This document shows, piece after piece, positions 37,326-49,639 of a DNA stretch of 64,000 nt. Where the stretch lies: the NCBI GenBank assembly GCA_964234715.1, contig OZ174283.1; one strand, written 5' to 3'. Under the pieces are notes generated by a model that worked only from the letters and a program-made list of their open reading frames with translations, was not told the origin of the DNA and searched no databases. Position numbers and translations under genes: made by a program. The number at the start of each line of letters is the position of its first letter. Positions within the stretch are counted from its first letter, which is position 1. Origin of the DNA: Podarcis melisellensis (Eukaryota).

Positions 37326-37688
37326 TGTCATACCCTGTCCGAGTCCTGTTGCCAAGCAAGCTAGGAGTCTCCAAGGAACACTTGCCTGAGAGCAGAATCC
37401 ATACACGAAGTCAGACAGTCCACAGGTTAGGGAAGCCAGATGATCACTGAGCCAAGGGTCCAGATGTTGAGCAGGAAGCAGCAAGGTATGGCTGGGAACC
37501 ACGGGCATTGTTTCCAGCGTCTGACGTCTGCTGAGAGCTCTGGTTAAGAAGGCCAGAGCCAGCTGGTTCTCCTCAGTGCCTTCTCCTCAGTGTCCCTGAA
37601 GTCTGATCAGTTGCAGATGGAGTCAGTCCACCTTCTAACCCCTTCAGGCTGCTGTTCAGCAGGCAAGCCTGACTCCTGGCCTATGACA
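37326..37688. mobile_element. Solo LTR (363 bp), probably Gypsy-type
   Basis: Perfect inverted termini TGTCATA / TATGACA and perfect 5-bp TSD ATTGT (37321-37325, 37689-37693). Confidence 0.9.
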
Positions 37689-39258
37689 ATTGTGTTGAGA
37701 TATGTGGTTAGTTAATCCTATATTACTCACACAGGTCATGACAATGTAATTTCAACCATTCTGTAAGACCCATTAAACTCAATGGGCCAGACTCAACTAG
37801 CGGGAGCCAGCACAGTGAGTCCTCCCTCTGTGCCCCCCCCCAATCCTCTCTGCGAGATTTTATTATGAGAAGTGGGGGGAGAGGGGAGATCGTTGCATTA
37901 GGGAAGCAGAAATTCTTGCACTGATTGAACATTTGCCTTAGCATGATGTTGCATCCCACCCAATGGGGCTTACTATTGAGTAAACATCTATATGACGGCA
38001 CTGCAAGTATTGCTTTGCAGGCACAAATGCCATCTTTTTCTGTATCGGCATCATGAACTACAACTGACCTCAAAGGAAAATATAACCAAAGACAATCCTG
38101 TCATCTCCCTAAAGACCTTTCTGATACCCATCCATCTTCCACAAAACTACTTTGTCTTTTATAATGATGCCTCCCTATTCCATTATTTCTGCACTGGGCT
38201 TTAGAGCATTGTTCTCCCCTCTTAGCTCGCTCCCTTTGGGACAGCAGGGACCAGTAACTTGCTTGGCATATCTTTCCTGCTAAATACAGAACTGTGTGCT
38301 GCCTACAGCAATCTATCAATAATTCACTATTAATAATAAAAGCACGGAACTCTTCTACTGTATGACTGCTTGGTTTAAGTCCCTTAACTTTGTGAAGATG
38401 TTTTGGCTCATATTAGGAAACCACAGAGAATCAAACTGACAAGTTAAATGCATTGATAATTTGATAGCTCAATATTAATTGCTAAGGGCTGGATTAGAGT
38501 CCCAAGGACATTGTTCATTGTAATGGGAGGGAAATTGCTAGCGAGCCACAATGAAATTTAAATTTATGCTCCACTGTTTGTGACAAGAATAAACTACCGA
38601 GCCTGATTGGTTCCCTGAGTCTTCCTGAGTCTGATTGGTTACCTGCAAATAAGGGAGAGATAGCTGCATGCAGGGACAGCTTGATAGCCAAACCCTTTCC
38701 TACTGAAGTTCAGGACTTGTTGGAGGGGAAGGTCCTGCAAAGTATCATTCAGTACTTGCCACCAACAGCGCTGAGCAGGGCAACAGCAGCATCACTGTGG
38801 TCTGCAACAGGTGTCTGCATATCATCCACCATTTTGACATCCCCAATATTCCCTGACACACTGTCAATTTGGTGCATAGAAGAATGTCAAAATGGTGACT
38901 TCCTACCAGGATACTGCAACTGCTCAATACATTTGAGCTAAAATGTGGAGGCAGGTGAGTGCTCAAGTGTTGGTGGACCTGTAGCAGCTGCCTAGTCATT
39001 CTTCTGCTGGTTCCTGCTAAGTATGATTCAGGCCCTTTTTCAGGCATGGAGGTGTAATGGCACCCCCAGCTGCATCCTGGGTCCTGTGTCATGTGGGGAA
39101 GGAAGATCTGGTCAAACAAAATGTCCCATTCTGTTCATTCACCCCTTCTGGTTAAGAACTTTCTGCCACCAGGTTCTCCTCCTTTGTCTGAGACTCTCCC
39201 CTGATCTGCAAGCCAAAGCAAGTCACTGACTAGGTTGTAAATAATAGTAATTCACAGC

Positions 39259-39385
39259 TAGGACCAGCCCAAGACATTTTGGCACCTGAGGCCAACCACA
39301 AAATAGTGCTCTCCTACTAGGGAAGAAGGGAGGGAATGAAGATCTGCGCCTGGAACAAAGGTGGAATAAAGATCTACATCTGGGT
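39259..39385 (-). mobile_element. hAT MITE fragment (CAGGGCCAGCCC family)
   Basis: Reverse complement of ~15110-15232 (CCCAAGACATTTTGGCACCTGAGGC). Confidence 0.65.
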
Positions 39386-40357
39386 CAAGGATGGGAAGAG
39401 ATCAGCAGAGCCTTCTATTCACCAAGAGGCCACAACACGGGTAGAACTTAATATTGAAAATGAGGAACTGAGAGAAATCAAAATTGATAGATTCACCCAT
39501 CCATCACCTCATACCGATCTTGTCTTAATCCTACATTGAATCTGTAAACAAGTTCCTCTTACACTGCCATTGCTTCAGTCTCATCTTGCAAATGCCCTCC
39601 TTATGAGAGTCTACATCACATTTTGAATGGCATCTGCCATTAGCTTTTCACATACAGATGTGGTGGCAGGAACTCCACCTCCTGTCCATTCCTTCAGTGT
39701 CTTGTTACTCACCCTCTTTCCCTATCTGCTGAAGCAAGTGGGTCCCACATTTTCCTTCCAGGGTAGATGAGCAATGAGGTGGAATTGAGGAAGGAAGGGG
39801 CAGGAAGTGCAATGCTGAGAGCCCTTCCCATCACATAGGAAACGTTAAAGACAAAAGTGAAGTCTCTGAGTTTATGTAGTCCTTATTCCTTATAATGAAT
39901 GCCTTGAAAACATCATATTGCTCGCAGTTATTAATGCAAACATGCATTTAGTCAATAGCACTAAAAGTCACCTGTATGATAGTTATAAAAGAAAGACAAA
40001 ATTTTTAAAAACCCAAGATGACAAAACCTCTAATTCTAAAATGGCCCTTCCCAATACAGGACTGTGCACTTAATTTAAATCTCAGACAAAATTTCATCTC
40101 AACAAGAATGACGTTTTGACCTAGATTACCATGAGACTGTCTTGAACAAGTTGTTTCAGACCCTGTTCTAATCTGAAGCTAATTTCACTTTTCTGTCACA
40201 GATGAACACTTGCATCATTAGCTAATATTTCTGTGAAAAAGAGTTGTGTTTTGACATGTTGGTGTTTATCTTGCTAAGCTACCTTGTTCGAACTAGAAGA
40301 AAGGTGTATGTTGACAAGATCGTTTCACAGCTCTGCACCATCGCATCGACCAAGAAA

Positions 40358-40560
40358 GGGCTGTTGTAGCTCCGGAGCAGAACACACACACACACCCCAG
40401 ACACACACCATGCAAAATGTTCCAAGTTCAATTCCCAGCAATTCCCAGGAAGGACTGGGGAACACCCCTCTCTCAAATGCTGGACGGCAGTCAGTGTAAA
40501 AAATACTGTGCTGGATGGAATAATGATCTAACTCTGTTTAAATCAGCGCCCTGTTTTCCT
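40358..40560 (+). mobile_element. Degenerate tRNA-derived SINE (Squam3-like)
   Basis: ATGCAAAATGTTCCAAGTTCAATTCCCAGCA B-box region and body matching the inverse of 47276 and 58353. Confidence 0.6.
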
Positions 40561-42222
40561 GTAGCTACAGCCACAGCAGCCCATAAGGACAGAGAAATTT
40601 AATTTCAATAAATTGAACTATACAGGCAGGTTTGTTTTACACTTTCCAAAAACCTCCTCGCATCAGTTTAACATGAATAAAAGCAAAATATGCAGAACCA
40701 TGCCCATCAGCAGCAGCCAAAGGCATAAAATCCATACAGGCAAGTGTTGGCAGCATATATGTTGGCTCACCCTGCAATCTCTTCTCTCCAGTCTTTAAAC
40801 ATCATGAAACTTCCAAGGCTGGCTTTTGCACAGCATGACTTCTGTTTGCTTATTCACAGAGCACACTCTACTGGTTGACTACCAGATCTCTCTTGCTAGC
40901 TTTGGAAGAGCCAGCTTGTATGTCTTTGCTCAGGTCATTTAAAAATTAAGGCTGGAATCCCAAACACACCACACTCAGGAAGACTTACTTCTGAATAAAT
41001 ACGCTTAGGATTATATAGCACAGTTTGCCACAAGGTTTTGCTTCCTGCATTCAAAATATGCATGGATTCATAAATGATGTGGACACGTATAGATTACACT
41101 GTGCACAAAGGACACTTTGTAAACATTTGGTACTCACACATCGGATCCCCAAAGAAAAAACAAACTAAACATCTGAAATAAGTGCGTTCAACTTGGTATG
41201 CTGCTTCAGCTTAAAATTAAATCTTACTGGCGGCTTTGAGCGAGCTGTTTCTTACCCATATTTTAAAAGGTATGTGTTTCTGCCATGCACAATTAACTTC
41301 TACCTCTCCTAAATAGTAATGGTCACATTTCATTGGGCCCAATGTACAATTTGTGTTCTTGATCCTGAATTTGACAGTTCTGTCATTGATTTTAAAGGAA
41401 ACAAATTAAGAAGCAATGCTAATATTGGATGCTATCAGCTCTTCAATTATTTCCAACCACCAAATAAAAAGACTAAAGCCCCAAAACATACAGAAGGCAC
41501 CGGGTGGCTGGCGATGAATGAACTAGAGCATATCAAAAGTAAGAGTTTTACTTTACTGTCAGATAAACTACGCAATTGCCTGTGGATAATATCAGAGAAT
41601 GTATACTTGTTAGAGAAGTAATATAATGAAAGAATGGTAGGAGCTGAGATATATACCAATATTAAAGCAATAACTCTGTTATATTAAAACAGCTAACAGA
41701 AAGCAAACAACTTTCCAAGCCGGCGCTCTGTGCCTTCGAGTCCATGGGCTTGGTGGCATTTCCTCTCCTTTGGACAGCTGGAATACTAACAGCGGCACCA
41801 TTTCTAAGAAATGTGGCTTGAGCTAATGTAATATGAAGCACCAGTGACAAAATGGAGAAGTTTCATTCTGCAACTGAAAGAACCTTCATAAAGGCTTATT
41901 TACTCTGGAGAGCGCTAACACTTTTACTGAGTACTGAGTTGATAGCATGTCCGTTCACAGGCACCCCCCCAACTCAACAACCAGATTTTAGGCAGAGAAT
42001 GAGCTAAGACTTCTCTATGTGCTTAATTAGGATTTAACTCCTTAACAGATTTGTCCGCAAGAAAAGTATGTCAAAGGGTCTGCAGTAAAGTGTTGAATAC
42101 AGAGTAAAGAACATGATCTAACTGCATCCCCCCCCCTTTTTACAGTGCATCTTAAAAGTCATTCACCTCTCCCTGGCATGTCCCATTTGGGCTGGGATAG
42201 ACCCCTGTCTGAAACCCTGGAG

Positions 42223-42358
42223 CAGGCTTCCTCAACCTCAGCCCGCCAGATGTTTTGAGACTACAGTTCCCATCATCCCTGACCACTGGTCCTGCTAGCT
42301 AGGGGTCATGGGAGTTGTAGGCCAAAAACATCTGGAGGGCCGAGGTTGAGGAAGCTTG
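42223..42358. mobile_element. hAT palindromic MITE inserted in a Squam3-like SINE
   Basis: TIRs CAGGCTTCCTCAACCTC / GAGGTTGAGGAAGCTTG; perfect 8-bp TSD CCCTGGAG. Confidence 0.93.
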
Positions 42359-43979
42359 CCCTGGAGACTCACTGTTAGTCAATTTAGAAAGCCCTGAGCA
42401 AGATGGGCTAATGGGCCGATGTTGTATAAAGCATCTTCTCACCTCTTCCTTGTGCCTTCCCCCCTCTTTCTCACCACTTTTCTCTCTCTAGATCAAGTAT
42501 CTTGGATCCTTCTGGCATCCTTTATCCCACTGCTCCTAGCTGTGTTGCTTGGCTCACTGACTTGAGCCATCCGGTGTGTCTTATTGAACCATTTCTCAAA
42601 GCGATTTTGATATTTGCCATCCTTTTCTAACCAGAGATCCTTCTGGTGCATATAAGCAGCTGTGTAACAGGCAGAAATGAAACTGTTCCAAGAAAAAGGA
42701 TGGCAGGAGCAAGTTTTGTACTGATTTTTTAATTAGACTTTCTTATTATTAATGTATTTTCCTTTTGGGGTTTGCACTTGTGCTTAACAGAAATAGGGAA
42801 TATTGTGAGCAAGTGCAGTTTTTGATTCATTGACTTGTGCCCTACAGGAGTACAAACTAGGCTTGTTTTCTCCACCTACTGGGCTATTATGATTATTGCA
42901 ATTGTAATTTAAAAGACTCCGAAATGTATTTACCTAAAGACTTTTATTATCTCTGCTACTTTACATCTCTTCGGTAGCATACCAGAGGGTATATGCGCCA
43001 CAGGCTAAGCAACCATGGGAAGGAGTATAATATATAATGCATTGCCTTGATAACCTAGTTATTAAAAGGAGCTGTGCACACCAGCACTTTTGCGGCATTT
43101 TATTTCATTTTAGTTTTGTCTCTCCCTGACCTGTCTGTTGCACACATCGGCTTCTTCCTCCTGGAATTATTGCCCAAGGTGGTTTTTCCCTGCTAGAGGA
43201 AAGCAGGCTGCATTACACAGTAAACAGATGTAGAAAGCAGAAGCTGACAGGTGCGGAGAATATTTTATTGTCAGGCAAATTCTGGGACTTTGTTTAGCCA
43301 TAAAATATTCCCTGCACCTGTTTTGCTTCTGCACCTGCTTTAATCTTCCCCCTACACTAACTTCCAGTGTACAGTTTTGCTGCACACGAGTAAATCTCAT
43401 GCAGTGGCCTAAGGGGATGAGGACGAAGGGATGGGCAACCTTCAGACAAAGTCCTAAGGTGTTCAGATTCTGGAAGCAATATGGAGTCTTTCTGTAAGAA
43501 ACAATGAATTCTGCTGCAGAAATGAGCAAGCTGCCTCTAGTGAATGATCAATGGATACAGAGCAGACTGTTTGTGCAACTCAACTGGTGGCTTTTCAAAG
43601 AGTTGAGCCAACAAATACACAAGGGCAAATAATAAAGCTTTAGATGAATGACAGAATTGGTCATTAGGGATCCTCAAGGTTTGATGGGTGTGGGGAGATA
43701 TATTAGGATGTTCTGCCCCAAAAGGTCTTGGATACCAATGGTTTATACTGCCCAGTAGGATATGTGGAAAAACGTTCTCTTGGAACTATCTAGCCTAGAT
43801 AGGTTTCTCCATGATGCACTGTTTTGCAGGGGCAACAGGCCATGAGGCAGCTAGGATGCTGGTTTGAATGCAACCGAAGGAAGACTCATAACAAATCCAA
43901 GGAAACATGGCTCAGAACTTATCCTATCCTGTAGTGATGGAGGCTGCAGTGAGGCATATCTCGGCCACATACATATCTT

Positions 43980-44335
43980 GGTCAGGAACCACTTTCAGTC
44001 CGGGGGCCACATTCTATTCTGGGCAACCTTCCAAGGGCCATATTACAGTGGGCAGGGCAGAGCAACAAGTGTGACTGTTGCCTTTGAGCAGGAGGCTAGT
44101 CTCTACACACACCTCTCTACCCTCCATCCAGGAGAGCAAGAAGCATCACCAGAGTTCAAGGACATATTTCAGGCAGGCAAAGCAACTCATGATGGGTGCA
44201 ATACAGAGCCAGTGGAAGGTGTGGCCTAGTGGGGAGGGAGACAGGGGGGTCTGACATGGGGAGAGACCCATGTGCTAGAAAGAGAAGCCTGGAGGGTCAG
44301 ATCTGGCCCCTGAGCCTCAGCTTCCCTATCTCCAT
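43980..44335 (+). mobile_element. hAT MITE, same family as 328-701
   Basis: Shared internal segments (GCCACAT..., GAGCAAC..GTGACT, CTCCATCC.GG, TGGCCCCTGA.CCT). Confidence 0.6.
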
Positions 44336-45167
44336 GCTTACCATGCTTGAAACCACAGCGGGGAGAGTGCTGTTGCATTCAGGTCCTGCTTGTGGACTTG
44401 TTGGACACTTTGAGGAGAAGATGCTGGACCAGATGAGCAACTGCTCTTCTTAGTATCCAGAGTCAGTTATCTGCAGTCTGCTATTACAGGAGTAGATATG
44501 GATTGGTGCTTGGATCAGGTGCCTTTCAGCTGAATATTGAACAACGTACTGCTTAGATTCCTTCCTGCCTGATGATTGTGATACAAACAGCCATGAATGT
44601 ATAGCATTCCCTTTAACATTGCAGTAATATTATTTGTTTTAGGGCTTTTAGTTTCAGGATGTCAGTGCACTACATGCATTGGCTTAGTGACCCATGGTCA
44701 CCCATCCAAAGACAGGCACTTCTCTTACACTCTGGAAGTGTTGGGCTTATACTTCTTTCATCCTACTCAGAGATTATCATTATACAGGGGAAATGTGTTA
44801 TATGTGAAGAATTCCTTAGATATGCTTCATTGCAACAGACTTAAATGATTTCAACATTTCTCAGAATCCAGCTGCTAGTGATCAGAGCTAAGCCTCCATC
44901 TTTTCTAACCACCCTGGTGGAAAGAGACACAGCCACAAGCTGCATTGGATTTTGATATCTCTCTGACAAAATATAGCACACCAGTGAAGTCACACAAAAT
45001 GCAAACATCCCTCTTGTGATTTTATTCAACATATACTTGCAACATCTATTATAAAAATGATTCCGTTTTATTCGGCAAATACCTATTTCATGTCTAAATA
45101 TTGACACTGCTGACCCAGAAATATAGACTACTGTAGTGCATAGGTTTCGTTCTGTGACCCTTTAGAG

Positions 45168-45292
45168 CGGGAGTGGGGAACCTGTGGCTCTCCAAATGTT
45201 TCTAGACTCCTTCTCCTATCAGCCTCAGCCAGAATGATTCAGTGGTGAGAGATGATGAGAGTCACAAACACTGCTTTGGTTTCTCATCCCTG
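45168..45292. mobile_element. hAT MITE
   Basis: Degenerate TIRs CGGGAGTGGGGAAC / GTTTCTCATCCCTG; perfect 8-bp TSD CTTTAGAG. Confidence 0.85.
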
Positions 45293-45409
45293 CTTTAGAG
45301 CAAATTCGTTTTCCGTTTTTCCTTTGATCACTTGCAAAGTCCCACCCAGAGAGTCACTATACTATATACTGCCCATAGTATATATGAGTCAAATAAATTT
45401 GCTCTAAAG

Positions 45410-45617
45410 CAGGGGTGTCCAAACTTTTTTCAAAGAGGGCCAGATTTGATGAAGTGAACATGTGTGAGGGCCGACCAAAGTTGTTAAGCTTAGGGTTGAA
45501 GTTGCTGAGCTTTTTTTGGGGGGGGGATTTTACACCAGGACTTTTACTGACACGGGGGCAAGATTAAATTGGTGGTGGGCCGAATTAGGCCCCCAGGACA
45601 GACTTTGGGCATGCCTG
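45410..45617. mobile_element. hAT MITE (Charlie-like)
   Basis: TIRs CAGGGGTGTCCAAA / TTTGGGCATGCCTG; TSD CTCTAAAG / CTCTGAAG. Confidence 0.88.
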
Positions 45618-45711
45618 CTCTGAAGCATCATGTACTGAAGCCCAAGCCCCTATCATTGGCACCATCAGCCAGTGAATATTGGAGACAATTAACACACAGT
45701 AACCTCTGGCA

Positions 45712-46054
45712 TGATGCGGGTGGCACTGTGGGATAAACCACAGAGCCTAGGGCTTGCTGATCAGAAGGTCAGCGGTTTGAATCCCCGCGACGGGGTGAGC
45801 TCCCATTGCTCGGTCCCTGCTCCTGCCAACCTAGCAGTTCGAAAGCACATCAAAGTGCAAGTAGATAAATAGGTATCTGGCGGGAAGGTAAACGGCGTTT
45901 CCGTGCGCAGCTCTGGTTCACCAGAAGCGGCTTAGTCATGCTGGCCACAGGACCCGGAAGCTGTATGCTGGCTCCCTCAGCCAATAAAGCAAGATGAGCA
46001 CCGCAACCCCAGAGTCATACGTGACTAGACCTAATGGTCAGGGGTCTCTTTATC
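45712..46054 (+). mobile_element. Sauria SINE, full length
   Basis: High similarity to the 12810 copy; perfect 12-bp TSD TAACCTCTGGCA (45700-45711, 46055-46066). Confidence 0.96.
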
Positions 46055-46922
46055 TAACCTCTGGCACAGCTGGCATGGTAGGAGCATTGTGCTTACAGAG
46101 CACCAAGCAGAAGTCCTCCCCATAGCTGTCTCTTACCAGGCTCTACCTATGTAGCCAATGGAAGCTGGTCCACTAGGGCAAATGATGTGCTGCCCCACAA
46201 AACTCAATCTGCCCTCAGCCGGTCCCCACCTGCTTTCTTACATCCAGTCCAGGTGGCAGTACTGGCTGCTTGTAGAACCTAGCAGAGAGGAGGAGGGGGA
46301 CAAAATTAAAAGCTATTGGCTCTGCCTGTTGTTGGCTCTGGCTCCATCTACTTACTGCTAGCCTACCTACCTTCTACTAATCCCAATGGGCACCAACCAC
46401 CATGATATAAAGACCTGTTTTTGTTTTCAATTTTTGGTTAAATGTTAAACTATGAGAGAGATGGAGTCAGAGCGTGATGCCCACATACCATTTTAGTCTC
46501 ACAGAGCTTTACATAGAAATAATATAACTTGATGATGGAAAAAGCAGCAGTCCCCCCCCCCCCAAAAAAAGTTCAACAATTAGTGTGTCTTGCTTAGTGT
46601 GACTGACGCCATTCATATCAAACTGTGTAAATGAAGCATTTTGTGTTTCATTATGAAAAGCAGACAATATTGAGACAAGAATGATCTATGCTTTGTGTAC
46701 AATTCAGTCATGCTAAATAACCATATCTGTTTCTTAGGAACTGTTCTTGATGCATTTAGTATGGAAAATATTGATTCCTTCTCCACATGGTTTCATGAAA
46801 AAATTGTGGCAATTAAAGTTATTAGAGCTAAAATCAGCTTATTTAAATACATACACAGGAGGATTTTGAATGTTAAGTGTTCTTATGCATGTGTGTTTTA
46901 GGGGCATAGTAAACATAGAAAA

Positions 46923-47274
46923 GGGATGCTGGTGGCGCTGTGGGTTAAACCACAGAGCCTAGGACTTGCCGATCAGAAGGTTGGCTGTTCGAATCCCCAT
47001 GACGGGGTGAGCTCCCATTGTTCGGTCCCTGCTCCTGCCAACCTAGCAGTTCGAAAGCACGTGCAAGTAGACAAATAGGTACCGCTCCAGCGGGAAGGTA
47101 AACGGCATTTCCGTGCGCTGCTCTGGTTCGCCAGAAGGGGCTTAGTCATGCTGGCCACATGACCCGGAAGCTGCACGCCGGCTCCCTTGGCCAATAAAGC
47201 AAGATGAGCGCCGCAACCCCAGAGTTGTCCGCGACTGGACCTAATGGTCAGGGGTCCCTTTACCCCTTTACCTT
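46923..47274 (+). mobile_element. Sauria SINE, full length
   Basis: Canonical head, body and (ACCTTT) tail; 12-bp TSD TAAACATAGAAA; inserted at the tail of an inverted Squam3-like SINE. Confidence 0.96.
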
Positions 47275-47275
47275 T

Positions 47276-47466
47276 AAACATAGAAAGCTTCCTTATCCAG
47301 AGACAGATCATTGGTCCATCTTGCTTAGTATTGTTGGCACTAACCAGCAGCAGCTCTCCAGGTTTTCAGACCAAAATCTTCCCTGCCCTTACTTATAAAT
47401 CCATTGGCGATTGAATCTGAGGCTTTCCACATGCAAAGTATACACTCAGCCACTGCGCAGTGGCCC
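47276..47466 (-). mobile_element. tRNA-derived SINE (Squam3-like)
   Basis: AACATAGAAAGCTTCCTTAT...CAGCAGCTCTCCAGG...GATTGAATCTGAGG...ATGCAAAG...CCACTG; similar to 58353-58508. Confidence 0.7.
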
Positions 47467-48261
47467 TTCTATAGTTCTAATGCACCACCGCAGCCTTTCA
47501 GCAAAATAAGGTACCAGGGCGGGTTACAGAATTAAAACACAATATTTAAAACTATTTACAACCATAAAAATAAGGAGGGTTCTAGAAAATATACACAGTA
47601 AGTGTCAACAGGCAATGTAAAGAGGTGCTCCTAGAGACCTAGACAGCAGCAAGTGGCTCGGTGGGTGAGGTAGAGACAGCAGCAGACATTGATCTGCCAT
47701 CTCTCCTGTTCTGCACCTAAAAAAAATGGGCTAATGAGTAGACCAGTCCTGAGCCTCTATTTGAAATCTGTATTTCAGATCCCCTTTTCTGGGATCATGA
47801 ATCTGATGCAGATTTTAGTTGTTTTCTTTTTTTTAAAAAAAACCAACATGTTTATTATTTGTTAGTGTTATCAGCATTGAACCATTGCGATGAGGCACAC
47901 AGGAAGAAATAAAGTAGCATCCCAAGGCTCAGGTTTGGTGTGGCTCTGTAATGCTGCTGACTGCAGCATGAGAATTTTCATTTTCTAATGGTACTAAAGG
48001 CATTTTCACCTAGGAAGTAATAGCTTCCTTCTTTCAGCAATATGGTATTTCAGAAAGGTAAACGCAGCCTTGCGAAAGTACAATATAAGCCAGGGGAGTT
48101 GTTCACAGGCTGTCTGAAAAGCATCAACACATTATCTAGAGAAACTCTGCGTCCTCCTAGTGTCTAAAATGGAAACATCTTTATGCTCTACTGACTTCTT
48201 TAATGCCATGGCTCCTGGAGAGTAGATCCATCAAGATGGCTTGCAGAGAGAGGCTGGAGAG

Positions 48262-48264
<3 letters not shown>

Positions 48265-48297
<33 letters not shown>
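48265..48297. repeat. (TG)n microsatellite
   Basis: Seen directly. Confidence 0.98.
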
Positions 48298-48298
<1 letters not shown>

Positions 48299-48529
48299 GG
48301 CAAAATCAGGCGATTGCTAATATGTTACCAGAATTGCTGGATGTGTTTTTTTTTATTATTTCATTGCTCCTTCAACACTTCAACATTACAGCAGCAGAAC
48401 CCATATTTATTTTCTGCCCTTGGTGCCAAATGTAAGAAGGAAGTAGTACACAATGCATTTTAGATTTCTGCTCTACTTTTGATATTTATCAGCAGTTCTG
48501 AAAAATAAGAAGGTATGTGTGTGTTTGTG

Positions 48530-48566
48530 TGTTTGTTTGTTTGTTTGTTTGTTTGTTTGTTTGTTT
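48530..48566. repeat. (GTTT)n microsatellite
   Basis: Seen directly. Confidence 0.95.
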
Positions 48567-49639
48567 AAAATACTGACCTTCGTCAAGATTGATTTTCAGG
48601 GGAATTTATGAGATCCAAAACAAGACATATACCCCAAACCACAAATAAACGAACAGACAATCAAAGAACAGACAATGAGCTCAATAGTATTTTACAAGCC
48701 TGAGCAAATAACAATGGGTTAAAAGAAAGCAACATTAGAACCTATTGCTTTCCCATGTTACTATTTTTATTCAGTCGTGGTCAGCAGGGGAGGTGGAGCC
48801 TACCTGACTTCCCATTACTAGCACTGCTCTAGCTTAGTGGGAGGCAGGAAAGCAAGGTGGCACTGAGGTCAGCACAGTGCAAATGCACCAGCAGAGCCAA
48901 TCTGGTGCTTCCAATGGTGCATTTTAACCATGGCATCTTCACCACCACTTTGCCCTGTCCCTCTTGGTATGCTGCAGTGACACTGGTGACAAGAGATCAA
49001 GTAAGCACTGCTTCCCACTACAGTTAGTATCTCCCCCCACCCCCCGCAACTGCCCTTTGTCTGAAGGGAGTCCCACCTCTTGTTGATGGGACCACAAATA
49101 GGGCCTTCCTTGTAGTTCTCAGAACTCAGGTCAGCAGATATCTGGGGAGGTACTTCCTCAAGTACTTGGATCCCAAGTCATTTAGGGCTTTATACAGTAC
49201 AGAACACACTGAATTAGGCCAATGCAGCTCTTTAAGAAGTGGTAAAATGTGACCCCATTATTTCTTTCTTCCTTTCTTATTTCATCTCATTTCTAAATTG
49301 CCCTTCCTTCCAGGGGATCCCAGAACAACGTACATTCAAAAGTAAAAATGCATCGCACAAATAAAAATAGCAATAAACAAACAGAACTGTAAAATATCCA
49401 TAAAAATCAACGCCATTAAAACTGACAAATACAGCAGTGAGATATTGAAATAAGCTAAACCTCACTTTGTAAAAACCCGAGAAAACAAAAATGTCAAATT
49501 ATGTCTGAACATGGGAAGTGGACAGATGGATCTCCAAGGGCAGGGCATTCAGATGTTGGGGTGCTACAACAGAGAAGAAACTACTTTGCATCCCCATACC
49601 ATGAATCCTCATGGGAATCATGAGCCGATTCCCACCCAT

